This document shows, in pieces, positions 9,324 through 19,002 of a stretch of 64,000 nt of DNA. Origin of the DNA: an uncultured virus (IMG/VR IMGVR_UViG_3300020178_000825) (Duplodnaviria; Heunggongvirae; Uroviricota; Caudoviricetes); the IMG/VR virus record IMGVR_UViG_3300020178_000825, positions 62,001-126,000 of that record. One strand, written 5' to 3'. The notes under the pieces were generated by a model. It saw only the letters and a list, made by a program, of their open reading frames with translations. It did no database searches and was not told the DNA's origin. The position numbers were made by a program, and so were the translations under genes. The stretch's first letter is position 1, and each line of letters opens with the position of its first letter.

Positions 9324-10208
9324 TTACTTTGTAATTTTACCTTTTTTGATATCTCTTTCGAGTTCTTTTCCTGCACCTAATAAATCATTAATTGCATAAT
9401 CTAATGGTACATTTCTATATTTGGCAAGTTTTCTAACTGCCATCATTACGATTCGTTTCTCTTCAGTAGAGTATCCTTCGTTAATTGATTCGTTAAACAT
9501 TTTGATAATTTTCTTTTGTTTAGGATTATTTGGTCTACCAGCAAGTGCGGCAACAAATTCCATTCTTTGGGGTAATCCGCCCTTTTCAACATATTTAAGA
9601 AGTTTAGTAAAATTCAATGCGTACTTAGAAACAAAATCCTCAACTGCTTCAGGTCTTGTACCTGTAAAGTAAGCAATCTTTTTGATTTGTGGTTCAATAC
9701 CTTCGTTTACTGATTCTTCAATATATCCTTTTTTCAAAAGTGCATTTCTGAAAGTTTCTAAATCCTTTTTGTTTTTGAAGATTTGGATTCCAAAGAAATC
9801 ACTACCATCTTTGTGTTTTTGTTTTCCATCGTGGTAAGAGATTGTGTATTTAGCTTTACCAATACCATCTTGCTGTCTGAATCTTTTCTTACCTTCTTCA
9901 AAGGTTACTTTCTCACCATCAACTTCAACTTCACCATCAGAGTGTAGTTTTTCCATATCATCTTTAGATAGTTCAATTTCAGAGATAGCTCTTTCTCTCA
10001 TTATCTCTCTTACGATTTTTCTAAGTTGTTCTTTCATCTTTGGTAATCCTTTATGTTTTGTTGCTGCGAAATCTTCAATCTCTTTTTCACTCATTCTATC
10101 AGCAATATCTTTTATTTCATCCGAAACCTCTGAAGCAGGAACTTCACCTCTTTTGAATGCTAATGCTAATCCGAATAGTTTTTGTTGTTGTTGAGATTGT
10201 GCAGGCAT
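9324..10208 (-). CDS. Modular head-associated protein with N-terminal DUF3008-like domain
   Basis: MPAQSQQQQKLFGLALAFKRGE...EDFAATKHKGLP resembles DUF3008; later modules are separated by ESVNE and ESINE. Confidence 0.6.
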   Translation of the reverse strand: MPAQSQQQQKLFGLALAFKRGEVPASEVSDEIKDIADRMSEKEIEDFAATKHKGLPKMKEQLRKIVREIMRERAISEIELSKDDMEKLHSDGEVEVDGEKVTFEEGKKRFRQQDGIGKAKYTISYHDGKQKHKDGSDFFGIQIFKNKKDLETFRNALLKKGYIEESVNEGIEPQIKKIAYFTGTRPEAVEDFVSKYALNFTKLLKYVEKGGLPQRMEFVAALAGRPNNPKQKKIIKMFNESINEGYSTEEKRIVMMAVRKLAKYRNVPLDYAINDLLGAGKELERDIKKGKITK

Positions 10209-10217
10209 GGTATTACT

Positions 10218-11150
10218 TTATGATTTTCTTTTTAATTGTTTATGAACATATTGAATTCTTTCAATAGCGTTTTCTAAATGTTCCATTGCTTCCAAAACAC
10301 CATCTTCTTCTAACATTTCAAGTGCTTCTTCAAAATCAATTTTTACTGTACCTGCAATGTTTTTTAAATCTCTTTCTTCTTTTTTGAATTTACCTTCTTT
10401 TAATAAATCAGTTAGTTTAATTGTACCTTCATTATTTTCCATATCCTTATCAAAAGATGATTGGATTTTATCTGCTAATTCATTAGAACCATCTCTTCTC
10501 ATTTTATCTAAGATAGCATCAATAGTAAGTTGTCCATCCCAAGAAGCTTGTGAAGTGATTGCCCCAACCATTTCATCCGAATCATCAAAGTTTGATGTTG
10601 CTGAATCAAATCTTTTACCATAGATAGAGTTTTTTTCTTCCCACTCATCTCTTTCAGGTGTTCCAAATTCAGGAGCTTCGGAGTAATCAGGTCTTTTTGC
10701 TAATTCCGGCTTACCATATAAATCAGCGAAGATTTGTCTGTTTGCTGAATGGAAGTTTGCATCTTCTAATGCATCATGTACCAAAGTTAGCATTTTCTTT
10801 TCATAATCTTCCTTACCTAACTTATCAGGAGTTAATCCTAACCTTTCTGAGAATTTATCAACAGTCTTAACTAATACTTTGTTTGCTTTTCTTGGAGTTA
10901 CTTTTGGAGTATCATCTGATTTTGCATCAGGTGCATCGTATCCAGTATCTTTAGAGAACATATTTGGTTTCTTCTCTCCAGTTGGTACATCTACTGCATC
11001 ATCTTTATCAGTTTTTCTTTTTTCGTGAGAACCAGCTTTTACAGCAGCATCTCTAGCTGCTTTGGTTTTGAATACTGATACATTACCAGTTTCTTTGCTT
11101 GTTGCGGTGAATGCTTTCTCAGCTTCTAATAAATCAGTTAGTTTAATCAT
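10218..11150 (-). CDS. Hypothetical head-associated protein
   Basis: 310-aa ORF; IKLTDLL(E/KE) occurs at the N-terminus and again internally. Confidence 0.6.
   Translation of the reverse strand: MIKLTDLLEAEKAFTATSKETGNVSVFKTKAARDAAVKAGSHEKRKTDKDDAVDVPTGEKKPNMFSKDTGYDAPDAKSDDTPKVTPRKANKVLVKTVDKFSERLGLTPDKLGKEDYEKKMLTLVHDALEDANFHSANRQIFADLYGKPELAKRPDYSEAPEFGTPERDEWEEKNSIYGKRFDSATSNFDDSDEMVGAITSQASWDGQLTIDAILDKMRRDGSNELADKIQSSFDKDMENNEGTIKLTDLLKEGKFKKEERDLKNIAGTVKIDFEEALEMLEEDGVLEAMEHLENAIERIQYVHKQLKRKS
10401..11147. repeat. 21-nt perfect direct repeat (10401-10421 and 11127-11147) encoding IKLTDLL
   Basis: TAATAAATCAGTTAGTTTAAT is present twice within one ORF. Confidence 0.85.
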
Positions 11151-11154
11151 TGTA

Positions 11155-11703
11155 TTATTTTTTACCTAATCTTTCGTTTGCCATATTAATATCAATATCA
11201 GCAATCTCATAGTATCTACCTAAGATATTACCCATATCTTCATATAATGCATGTAACCTTTCATCTAAAGCTCTTGCTTCAGTTGCAACCTTATCAAATG
11301 CTTTATCCATTTTATCCAACTCACTCATATTTCTTTTGATGGTTACTTTATCGAACCAATCATCATTTTCTGAAAGAGTTAATGTTTTTGCTGCTTCAAC
11401 AATACCACCCAAAGTTTCTGCTACCTCAACGATATCAGATTGTCTTTTCATTTGTTCTTGGTATGCTTTATAAGTTGAGATAATTTCTAAGAAGTGTTTC
11501 TTAACTTCATTTGATAATTTTTTTTCACCTTCTAATGATTCAGATAATGAAAATTTACCATCTACGATTTTTACTTCGTTGATGTTAGTTTTTCTAATAT
11601 CATTATATCCTTTAGATACTTTAGTACCTCCTTTGTTCTCAACTTTCAAAGTAAATTTGTTGTTGTGAACATAATCGTATATGTCAAAATTCTTTTTACT
11701 CAT
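11155..11703 (-). CDS. Hypothetical protein in head module (helical)
   Basis: 182-aa ORF translationally coupled to the protease gene. Confidence 0.6.
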   Translation of the reverse strand: MSKKNFDIYDYVHNNKFTLKVENKGGTKVSKGYNDIRKTNINEVKIVDGKFSLSESLEGEKKLSNEVKKHFLEIISTYKAYQEQMKRQSDIVEVAETLGGIVEAAKTLTLSENDDWFDKVTIKRNMSELDKMDKAFDKVATEARALDERLHALYEDMGNILGRYYEIADIDINMANERLGKK

Positions 11704-12290
11704 TATGCTAACTCCGTTATAATTTCTCTCATTAAATCTTGTGCTTTACAAAAATTTCCACAAACATCAGTACCAATTTGTTTGATTACCGATTCGTTCA
11801 TTGGAGTCATAAATGCACCATGTGTAGATGGGTTGGAAACAAAATCCCAACCGATTAGTTCAAAATCTTCACCAACTAAAAGTTTGTTATCTTTCATTGG
11901 TTGAGTAGAACCCATACCTCTTGATGAGATACCTAATAGGATTCCAGCTCTTAATAATTCTTTTAGAATATTTCCAGAAGGAGTAGGTAAGATTTCAACT
12001 GTACCTACAACATCGTTACCTTCCCAATGTACCTCTTTAATATTATGTGATACATTCTTTAAGTTGATAACTGAAGAATCTGGGTGGTCTAATTCACCCA
12101 ATGCTCTTCTTTCTTTGATTAGTTGTTGATATTTGTTTATCTCTCTTTCTAAGATATTTTTTGGGTACACTCTACCATTTTGGTTTTCTGCACCTGCTCT
12201 TTGAAGGATACCTTTAACCATAGTTCTTCCTGATGAATCTTCGTTCACCCTTCCTTCAAATAAGTTTGTTTCTATTAATAGGTTTCTCAT
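11703..12290 (-). CDS. gp21: Prohead core protease (T4 gp21 family)
   Basis: NQNGRVYP, ALGELDHP, VSH, GISSRGMGS and DFVSNPSTHGA motifs. Confidence 0.95.
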   Translation of the reverse strand: MRNLLIETNLFEGRVNEDSSGRTMVKGILQRAGAENQNGRVYPKNILEREINKYQQLIKERRALGELDHPDSSVINLKNVSHNIKEVHWEGNDVVGTVEILPTPSGNILKELLRAGILLGISSRGMGSTQPMKDNKLLVGEDFELIGWDFVSNPSTHGAFMTPMNESVIKQIGTDVCGNFCKAQDLMREIITELA

Positions 12291-12301
12291 ATCGGTTATC
12301 C

Positions 12302-13363
12302 TTATTTATATTTCTTTAATAACTCAGCAAATTCTTTTTTCACACCAGATGATAATCTTTTGTGAATTCCAACTTTTGCTAACATAGGGATTGCTTCTTT
12401 CATTTGTGAATTATCAATAGCAATACCAGTTCTACTTCTTGATAACATAGGTCTTTGTAAGAACATTCTCATTTCAAAAGCTAAATCTTTAGAAATTTTA
12501 ACTCCTTCAACTGATGAAGTTCTACCAGCTTCAACATCTTTCAACATTGCAACTTTACCCAATCTTGCTTCATTTACCGATTCTCCAATTAAAGAATCAA
12601 CATCAGCATGGATATCTTTCCATTTATTAAATTTTTGATTACGAATTGCACTATAAAGAGCCATCGTATATTTTTGTGAGTTGTTATGAATTCTTGATTT
12701 TACTAAATCAACTGCTCCATATATAGGTTTTCCTTTTTGGATTGAATCAACTGCTACTTTAAATGCTTTATATTGATTGAACGCATCTTCCTTTTTTCTA
12801 TCTGTGATAACTTGGATAATGTAATCTTTTGCCTTATCCATATCACCTTTGAACTTATCTAAGATTTGCTGTGCACCTTTATCGTTTTTTTGTAGTGCTC
12901 TTTCAAAGTTTCCGATTTGTACTTTTGCTAAACCTTTAGCATTAAAGTAATCTCTTTTATCAAAGATACCATATACTTTTTCAAAAGTGGAATCTTTTGA
13001 TTTGAATTCTTCGTTCATTTTAGAACCACCACATCCACAACCACATCCACATCCTGCAGATTCGTTTACCGATTCTTCCTTTTTCTTACCAGCTCTTAAA
13101 GCAGCTAAATCAGATGCTTCAATCTCACCATCACCATCAACATCTAATTTATGTTGGTCACCTTTTAAATCTTCATTCTTTTCTCCTTTAGCGTTCCAAG
13201 CAGCATCAATCTTATTGAAAAATTCTTTCTTTTCCTCATCAGACATTGATGGGATAGATTTCCCTGCTTTCTCTAAAGCTTTTTTGAAAAATGTTTGATA
13301 CTCAGTTTCTTCAGCCATAATGGCTCTGAGTGTGTCTTTAATAGTTTCTCTGGTAATATTCAT
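12302..13363 (-). CDS. Modular head-associated protein (EF-hand-like and Cys-Gly modules)
   Basis: ATG at 13363 preferred over the upstream TTG; DVDGDGEIEASD, CGCGCGCG and two ESVNE linkers. Confidence 0.6.
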   Translation of the reverse strand: MNITRETIKDTLRAIMAEETEYQTFFKKALEKAGKSIPSMSDEEKKEFFNKIDAAWNAKGEKNEDLKGDQHKLDVDGDGEIEASDLAALRAGKKKEESVNESAGCGCGCGCGGSKMNEEFKSKDSTFEKVYGIFDKRDYFNAKGLAKVQIGNFERALQKNDKGAQQILDKFKGDMDKAKDYIIQVITDRKKEDAFNQYKAFKVAVDSIQKGKPIYGAVDLVKSRIHNNSQKYTMALYSAIRNQKFNKWKDIHADVDSLIGESVNEARLGKVAMLKDVEAGRTSSVEGVKISKDLAFEMRMFLQRPMLSRSRTGIAIDNSQMKEAIPMLAKVGIHKRLSSGVKKEFAELLKKYK

Positions 13364-13379
13364 AATTGCCAATCCTAAT

Positions 13380-13823
13380 TTATAATTTGCTAATCTGCGT
13401 TACAATAGTGTTTAATCTTTCTCTAATCTTAAAAAGATTCTTTTGTGTTCTTTTCCAATATTGGTCAGAATTTAAATCACTTTCTTTTTTAATTCTACCA
13501 TACCATCTTAGGAATGTTTCAATTTCAGAAAGTTGTTTGTTTACATTAGAAATCCCTCTACCAATTTTTTGCTTTGGAGTGGATTCATCTTTTTTTAATT
13601 CTAACCAACGATTTTCACTAACTCTTTTGTAACCACTTGCTTTATTTATAGTATCAACAAATTTATCATCGTTTTCTTCATCTTCATCAGTACCATCAGT
13701 ATCTTTGAAAGCATTAGGGGTATTATAACCAGCCACATCACCAGTAGTGGTAGCCTCTTCAATATCTAACTCATCTTGCTCAATTTCAGCAATTAAATCT
13801 TCAATTAACTCCCTTAACTTCAT
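13380..13823 (-). CDS. Hypothetical head-associated protein
   Basis: 147 aa; IEE|ATTTGDVAGYNTPNAF; located between portal and protease. Confidence 0.6.
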   Translation of the reverse strand: MKLRELIEDLIAEIEQDELDIEEATTTGDVAGYNTPNAFKDTDGTDEDEENDDKFVDTINKASGYKRVSENRWLELKKDESTPKQKIGRGISNVNKQLSEIETFLRWYGRIKKESDLNSDQYWKRTQKNLFKIRERLNTIVTQISKL

Positions 13824-14683
13824 ATCTTAGCTTTCAATTCTTTAATTAATTCGTATGACATCATTATAGATGAAACATGATTATCAGAAACAACTTTACC
13901 AATTTTAGTTTTAGATAAAACAGAAATAGTTTCTGTCAACTTAATTTTAGTTACTTTATCTTTAACATTTTTTTGGATTGATTTTAATTCATTCACAATA
14001 TTTGGAATTTCTTTTTGTATATATGATTTAAATCCAGTTGTGTTTGTTAAGTTATTGATATATTCTTTTAATAAAGCTTTTTGAGATTCATTTAAATTAG
14101 AATACTTTTTGTTAAAAGTTTCTACTAAAATTTTATAAGTAAGTAATCTTAAATCTTTATCTTGTTTTTTATAATTTTCAACTAATGTATCTTTTTTTGT
14201 TTGAGTTTTGATAGATGGATTAGATGTGATAGATTCAATGAGGGTAATCTTTGAATTGAATACATCTTTTACATCATAGTTATCCATCTTTTTAGATTCA
14301 AAAATCTTATAGATGGATGCCAAAACTCTATAATTAGAAATAGGTGAAGAAAGGAATTCATCCATATTGAACGATTCGTTAATCTTTTTGATAAGATTAT
14401 ATTTTTCTTTGTGAAGTTGTTTTTGGTCAATACGATTGTGTGCTTCATTGACAGTATCAATAAACTTTTCAGCTCTTGATTCTGAACTATATTTTTCCTT
14501 CATAAGAAGTTCGTACAATCTTAACTCTTTGTTTAACTCTGTTTTTGGGCTAAAAAATTCCCTTACGATTTTTTTAGCTTTTTCAGTAGTATCACCATTC
14601 AATACTTCTAAAGTGATTTGCCTCACCAAAAGTTCGAATAGAATACCAGTATTCTTAAATTTTGAATGTTTTACCCTCTTCAT
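13820..14683 (-). CDS. Hypothetical protein downstream of portal (possible prohead core component)
   Basis: 287-aa helical protein with several xNE and xxE sites; late promoter motif at 14734-14741. Confidence 0.55.
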   Translation of the reverse strand: MKRVKHSKFKNTGILFELLVRQITLEVLNGDTTEKAKKIVREFFSPKTELNKELRLYELLMKEKYSSESRAEKFIDTVNEAHNRIDQKQLHKEKYNLIKKINESFNMDEFLSSPISNYRVLASIYKIFESKKMDNYDVKDVFNSKITLIESITSNPSIKTQTKKDTLVENYKKQDKDLRLLTYKILVETFNKKYSNLNESQKALLKEYINNLTNTTGFKSYIQKEIPNIVNELKSIQKNVKDKVTKIKLTETISVLSKTKIGKVVSDNHVSSIMMSYELIKELKAKI

Positions 14684-14767
14684 TGTGTTTTTATCCTATA
14701 ATAATATATCAATATACGATACAATACATCGTATATAAATATAAGTTAATTTTGATTTCCTAAATTT

Positions 14768-16528
14768 TTATTCATCAATCAAATTTGCGTCATCTAAAAA
14801 GTCTCCGTTTTCACTCATCAACCTTCGTTTTGCTGAAACTCCGTTTACATATTCTCTAGCAACTTTATGCGTAGTTTTACTAACTTTTGATTCAGTTTTC
14901 TTTAACGCTTTTTGATTTTCTTTTTTACCCAATGGGTCTCTCCCATAAGGATGTTTATCTTTACCATAGGTGTTTCCCTCTTTTGGTCTACCACCTTTGT
15001 TCTTTAATTCAGTTTTTAATTCTTCCAATTCATCCTCTACATCAGTTGGGTCTGTCTCCATTGCTGGGTCATTACCCTCATCTTCAATTGAACGATATCT
15101 AAATCTATCTTTTAAATCATTGATAAGTTGAGTTTTTTGGAAACCAACTTCATCATCACTAAAGTTAAAGATATTTTTGTATGCCCAATCTTTAGATACC
15201 ATATTTAATCCCTGAATATCTGAAACTAATCTAACTTTCTCACTCCAAAGATTTACTTTTTCTTGCTCATAAATTGTAGATGGATTTACTAAATCTAATT
15301 CAAAATCTACCATTTCAGCACCTTCAATACCTTGAGCAGCTAAGTGAGTTACTGCTAATTTAGTTAACTCTGAAATAAGAGTTCTTTGGATTCTTTCAAT
15401 TGTTCTTGCAAATCTCACATCTTCTGCAGCAAGAGTTGCTTTACCATTTACATTCTCATCATATCCCAAATATGCTTTTGGAATTTTGAGAGCTGCAAAT
15501 AGTTTGTTCTTTAAGTAATCAATATCATCGATAGCAGTATATTCTAAACCACCCAATGAATCAATTTGAGTACCACTATCACCACCCCTAACAGGTAAGA
15601 AGAAATCTTCAGTTAGGTTTTGAACATTATACTTTAAGTTATAATCACCAGTCTTTTTGTCAACAAATGGAGTTTTCTTCATTTTGTTGATAATTCTTTG
15701 CATGTAGTTATCAACTTCTTGTGGTGGAATGTTACCAATATCAATTTTGAACACTCTCTTATCCGGTGCTCTCATAATTCTATGAATTAACATTGCATCT
15801 TCCATCAAAGAAACTTGTTTCCAAATTCTTCTACCATTCTCAATCATTGCCTTTCCGTAAGGAAGGAAGTTTGTATCTGATAATAATCTGAAGTGGACAA
15901 TCTCATAGTTTTCATACTCACCTTTACCATTTGGGTCGTGATTTACTTTGAACTTAATATAATTTGTATTAGTTGGGTCAGTATTCTCTAATCTTTCAGT
16001 TTCGTAAACTGGAAGTGGTCTTACATTTATAATACCAACACCTGGTTGAATTTCTTGTAGTAAAAAGAAATCACCATACTTAACCATATTTCTTGTCCAA
16101 GACCATAGGTTAAATTCTATATTCAAAATATCATAGAAAAGGTTTTCTAATATTTCTTTTACTTTTTCGTTTTTTGATTTGATTTGTACAACTTCACCGA
16201 ATTCGTTTTTAAGTGTACATTCATCTGCGTATATATCTAATGCCGATGAGATAATTGGGTCATTATCCATAGCATCATAATCTCTGAATAGTTCTCTACG
16301 AACTTGATGGTATGCCATCGATTGAGCTGCCATCTGGTCTCCATAAAAAGACCTTTGTAGTTTGGTGTACCTATCTCTTAAATTCATTAAGTTAGTACCA
16401 CCCTGCTGTCTATCATCTACATCAACAACTTTTCTCTTTCCATCCTTGTCAACCTTTACGATTGCTTGAGTAGAAAAGAGTTTCGTTAATCGATTAAAAA
16501 ATGAACTATTGTTTTGCTCTTCTGCCAT
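14768..16528 (-). CDS. gp20: Portal protein (T4 gp20 family)
   Basis: LMEDAMLIHRIMRAPDKRVFKIDIGN, EDFFLPVRGG and LFAALKIPK motifs. Confidence 0.95.
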   Translation of the reverse strand: MAEEQNNSSFFNRLTKLFSTQAIVKVDKDGKRKVVDVDDRQQGGTNLMNLRDRYTKLQRSFYGDQMAAQSMAYHQVRRELFRDYDAMDNDPIISSALDIYADECTLKNEFGEVVQIKSKNEKVKEILENLFYDILNIEFNLWSWTRNMVKYGDFFLLQEIQPGVGIINVRPLPVYETERLENTDPTNTNYIKFKVNHDPNGKGEYENYEIVHFRLLSDTNFLPYGKAMIENGRRIWKQVSLMEDAMLIHRIMRAPDKRVFKIDIGNIPPQEVDNYMQRIINKMKKTPFVDKKTGDYNLKYNVQNLTEDFFLPVRGGDSGTQIDSLGGLEYTAIDDIDYLKNKLFAALKIPKAYLGYDENVNGKATLAAEDVRFARTIERIQRTLISELTKLAVTHLAAQGIEGAEMVDFELDLVNPSTIYEQEKVNLWSEKVRLVSDIQGLNMVSKDWAYKNIFNFSDDEVGFQKTQLINDLKDRFRYRSIEDEGNDPAMETDPTDVEDELEELKTELKNKGGRPKEGNTYGKDKHPYGRDPLGKKENQKALKKTESKVSKTTHKVAREYVNGVSAKRRLMSENGDFLDDANLIDE

Positions 16529-16551
16529 TTTGTTTCCTTATTTTATAACCT

Positions 16552-16812
16552 TTATTCTTTTATCTTAATTATGAGGTCACCCTCACCCTTAATAACTCTA
16601 TGAAAAGTTTCTTTTGGTATTTCTACTACATTTCCACTTTTCAAAGTTTTAGGTAGTTCGTTATCCATTTGAAACTTCCATCCATTGGATTGAATAACTT
16701 CAACTACTCTATCGTTTTTATCTCTATGCCAAACCAATTCTTCAGATTCTACATCTTCTGAAAAAGTTCTTACAATAACATCACTCTCAATAACTTCTTT
16801 ATATGGATTCAT
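16552..16812 (-). CDS. Small cupin-like protein
   Basis: ELVWHRD...E and IPKETFHRVIKG match the two cupin motifs; ATG at 16812 overlaps the upstream stop. Confidence 0.6.
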   Translation of the reverse strand: MNPYKEVIESDVIVRTFSEDVESEELVWHRDKNDRVVEVIQSNGWKFQMDNELPKTLKSGNVVEIPKETFHRVIKGEGDLIIKIKE

Positions 16813-17387
16813 TACCAATAGAAATTACCTTGAGTAATACCTAAAGATTTACCATAACGAGGTAGGTTACAAGACCAATACCCAGCTTTGGTTCTATCTT
16901 TTTTATCACTACAATTATGTCTATCCGCAAATGCCTTTCTAGCATCCTTGTCAGAAATCTTTGCAGATAATCCACCCTTTGCATCACCAAAGTTTACCTT
17001 AATTACATTTCCTTTTTTGTTCTTAACATAAACTTGATATTTCTTAGGACCTGAACTTCTTTGTGGTTTATTGAGATTTACTTTCTTTCCATTATATTCT
17101 GCCTCATTAATCTCCATTGGAAAATCTAAAAGAACTTTTTTTCCTTCATAAATTCCCCACTTACCTAAATCAGATTCTAATAACCAAATATCATCCTCAT
17201 CAATAGAGTTCAGTTTTCCTTCATTATACAAAGAACGTGCCTCATTATATAGTTCGAAATAACCCTTTGAACCATATCTAAATACATTCTCCACCAAAGG
17301 TGTGTTAGTATCTATATGATATTGTAGTGCCTCCGAAAGGTTACTTTCGTTACATTCCAATATAATATTATTACTCAAACTATACAT
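16812..17387 (-). CDS. Two-module hypothetical protein of T4-like phages
   Basis: Modules divided at EINE|AEY; basic C-terminal module with KVNFGD...RHNC...AGYWSC; late promoter at 17394-17401. Confidence 0.6.
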   Translation of the reverse strand: MYSLSNNIILECNESNLSEALQYHIDTNTPLVENVFRYGSKGYFELYNEARSLYNEGKLNSIDEDDIWLLESDLGKWGIYEGKKVLLDFPMEINEAEYNGKKVNLNKPQRSSGPKKYQVYVKNKKGNVIKVNFGDAKGGLSAKISDKDARKAFADRHNCSDKKDRTKAGYWSCNLPRYGKSLGITQGNFYW

Positions 17388-17414
17388 ATACTGTATAAAT
17401 ATTAAAAACTAAAT

Positions 17415-18995
17415 TTATAACCATTTAGATAAATCTTCGATATCATCTCCGATTTGCATCTGCCAAGGGTTATCATCAGAATCGTTTCCACCATACACCC
17501 CACTATAAGTATATGATGAAATACTATTGATTGCCTGTTTGGTTAAATCAATACCTTCTTGTCTCAATCTCAGAGCAGTATCCCTCACCCAAAGTGAAAT
17601 AGCCAAAGACATTGTAAGGTCATCGTTATAACCTCTCATTGCTTCAGCTCTACCATTCATCCATATAAATGTGAACAATTCATCAATAGTTCTAACTGAA
17701 CGAATGATGATTGATTTTTCCCTTATATACTCTTCCAACTTTGAAACAATTAAAGGTCGAGTTCTTGAGGTGGTTGAGAATCCCGCAACCATACTTTTAT
17801 CTTGAGAACGATATCTATTTGAGTGTTGATGTTCAGTATCTACATACTTTAAATCCTTACTCATATAATAAAGGTTTCCATAGTTTCTATCAATAACTTG
17901 TTGAATCGTTGCCCAACCAATATTAGCGTTCTCAATTACTAACAATGCGTTGTTATATTCAGTTGATAGAGATACTAAGAAATTACCAAAATCTTTGGTA
18001 TCTAACTTACCTCTATATTCAGCTACTTGTTCAGATGCTTCAACATCAATAACATGGGCTGCTGAGTAATCCGATGAATCACCTCTCGCAACATCCGCTA
18101 CAACTATATATGATTTATTATAATCGGGAAATTGCCATTTCCATAAGTTTCCATCGAACCCACCCTTTTCAATAGGTTCTTGTACATAAGTTTCTTTATA
18201 GAATTGAAGAACTTGTGGGTCAATTACTGAATCACCAGAAGACACAAAATCACAATCACATTCTTGTGCTGCTCCCTTTGGTCCTAATAGTGTTTCTTGT
18301 TCATCTCTCCAACTTTGGTCTCTTTCTGGATGTACACTCCAATGTAATCTAATATTATTAAACCCATTTGTTCCATCTTCAGAACCTACCCAAGTTTTGT
18401 GGAAGAAGTTACCCACACCATTTGGTGTTGAAAGGATAATTGCAGAACCACCCGTTGATAAAGTAGATTGTGCAGATACCCAAATCTCTTCAATCTTATC
18501 GATAAATGCTGCCTCATCAAATACCAATAAGGATAGTGCTTCAGAACGACCCGCATCTCCTGCTGCTGAAGTTGCTTTGATTTGTGAACCATTTGAATAT
18601 CGTAAGGATAGTTTGTTATCTTCAACAGTTGTTAACTTTAACCAACTTGGAAGATACTGATTCATCACTCTTACTTTAGTTACTAAGTTTTTAGCAACCT
18701 CTTGTTTAGTTGCAATTACCAATACATTGTAATCATCATTAAATAACATTTTCCAAAGTGAGAATCCAGCAGTTAAGGTTGAAATACCAGTTTGTCTGGA
18801 TTTAAGAATAATATTATATCTATGGTCTTTGAAATCAGTTAAAGTAGTTTCTTGAAACGGAAAAAGGTGAAAGGGAATTTTTCCTCTCACCGGATGTTGA
18901 ATCATACAATACTTTTTCATAAAGTATATAGGGTCAGAAGCACATTTTTTGTACTCTACCGCTATAATCTCTTTTAATGATTTCTTTTGTGCCAA
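17415..18995 (-). CDS. gp17: Terminase large subunit (T4 gp17 family)
   Basis: Walker A KSRQTGIST, Walker B LLVFDEAAF, STPNG, and RNase H-fold VADVARG...DYS and NDDL. Confidence 0.96.
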   Translation of the reverse strand: MAQKKSLKEIIAVEYKKCASDPIYFMKKYCMIQHPVRGKIPFHLFPFQETTLTDFKDHRYNIILKSRQTGISTLTAGFSLWKMLFNDDYNVLVIATKQEVAKNLVTKVRVMNQYLPSWLKLTTVEDNKLSLRYSNGSQIKATSAAGDAGRSEALSLLVFDEAAFIDKIEEIWVSAQSTLSTGGSAIILSTPNGVGNFFHKTWVGSEDGTNGFNNIRLHWSVHPERDQSWRDEQETLLGPKGAAQECDCDFVSSGDSVIDPQVLQFYKETYVQEPIEKGGFDGNLWKWQFPDYNKSYIVVADVARGDSSDYSAAHVIDVEASEQVAEYRGKLDTKDFGNFLVSLSTEYNNALLVIENANIGWATIQQVIDRNYGNLYYMSKDLKYVDTEHQHSNRYRSQDKSMVAGFSTTSRTRPLIVSKLEEYIREKSIIIRSVRTIDELFTFIWMNGRAEAMRGYNDDLTMSLAISLWVRDTALRLRQEGIDLTKQAINSISSYTYSGVYGGNDSDDNPWQMQIGDDIEDLSKWL

Positions 18996-19002
18996 AATCT
19001 AT

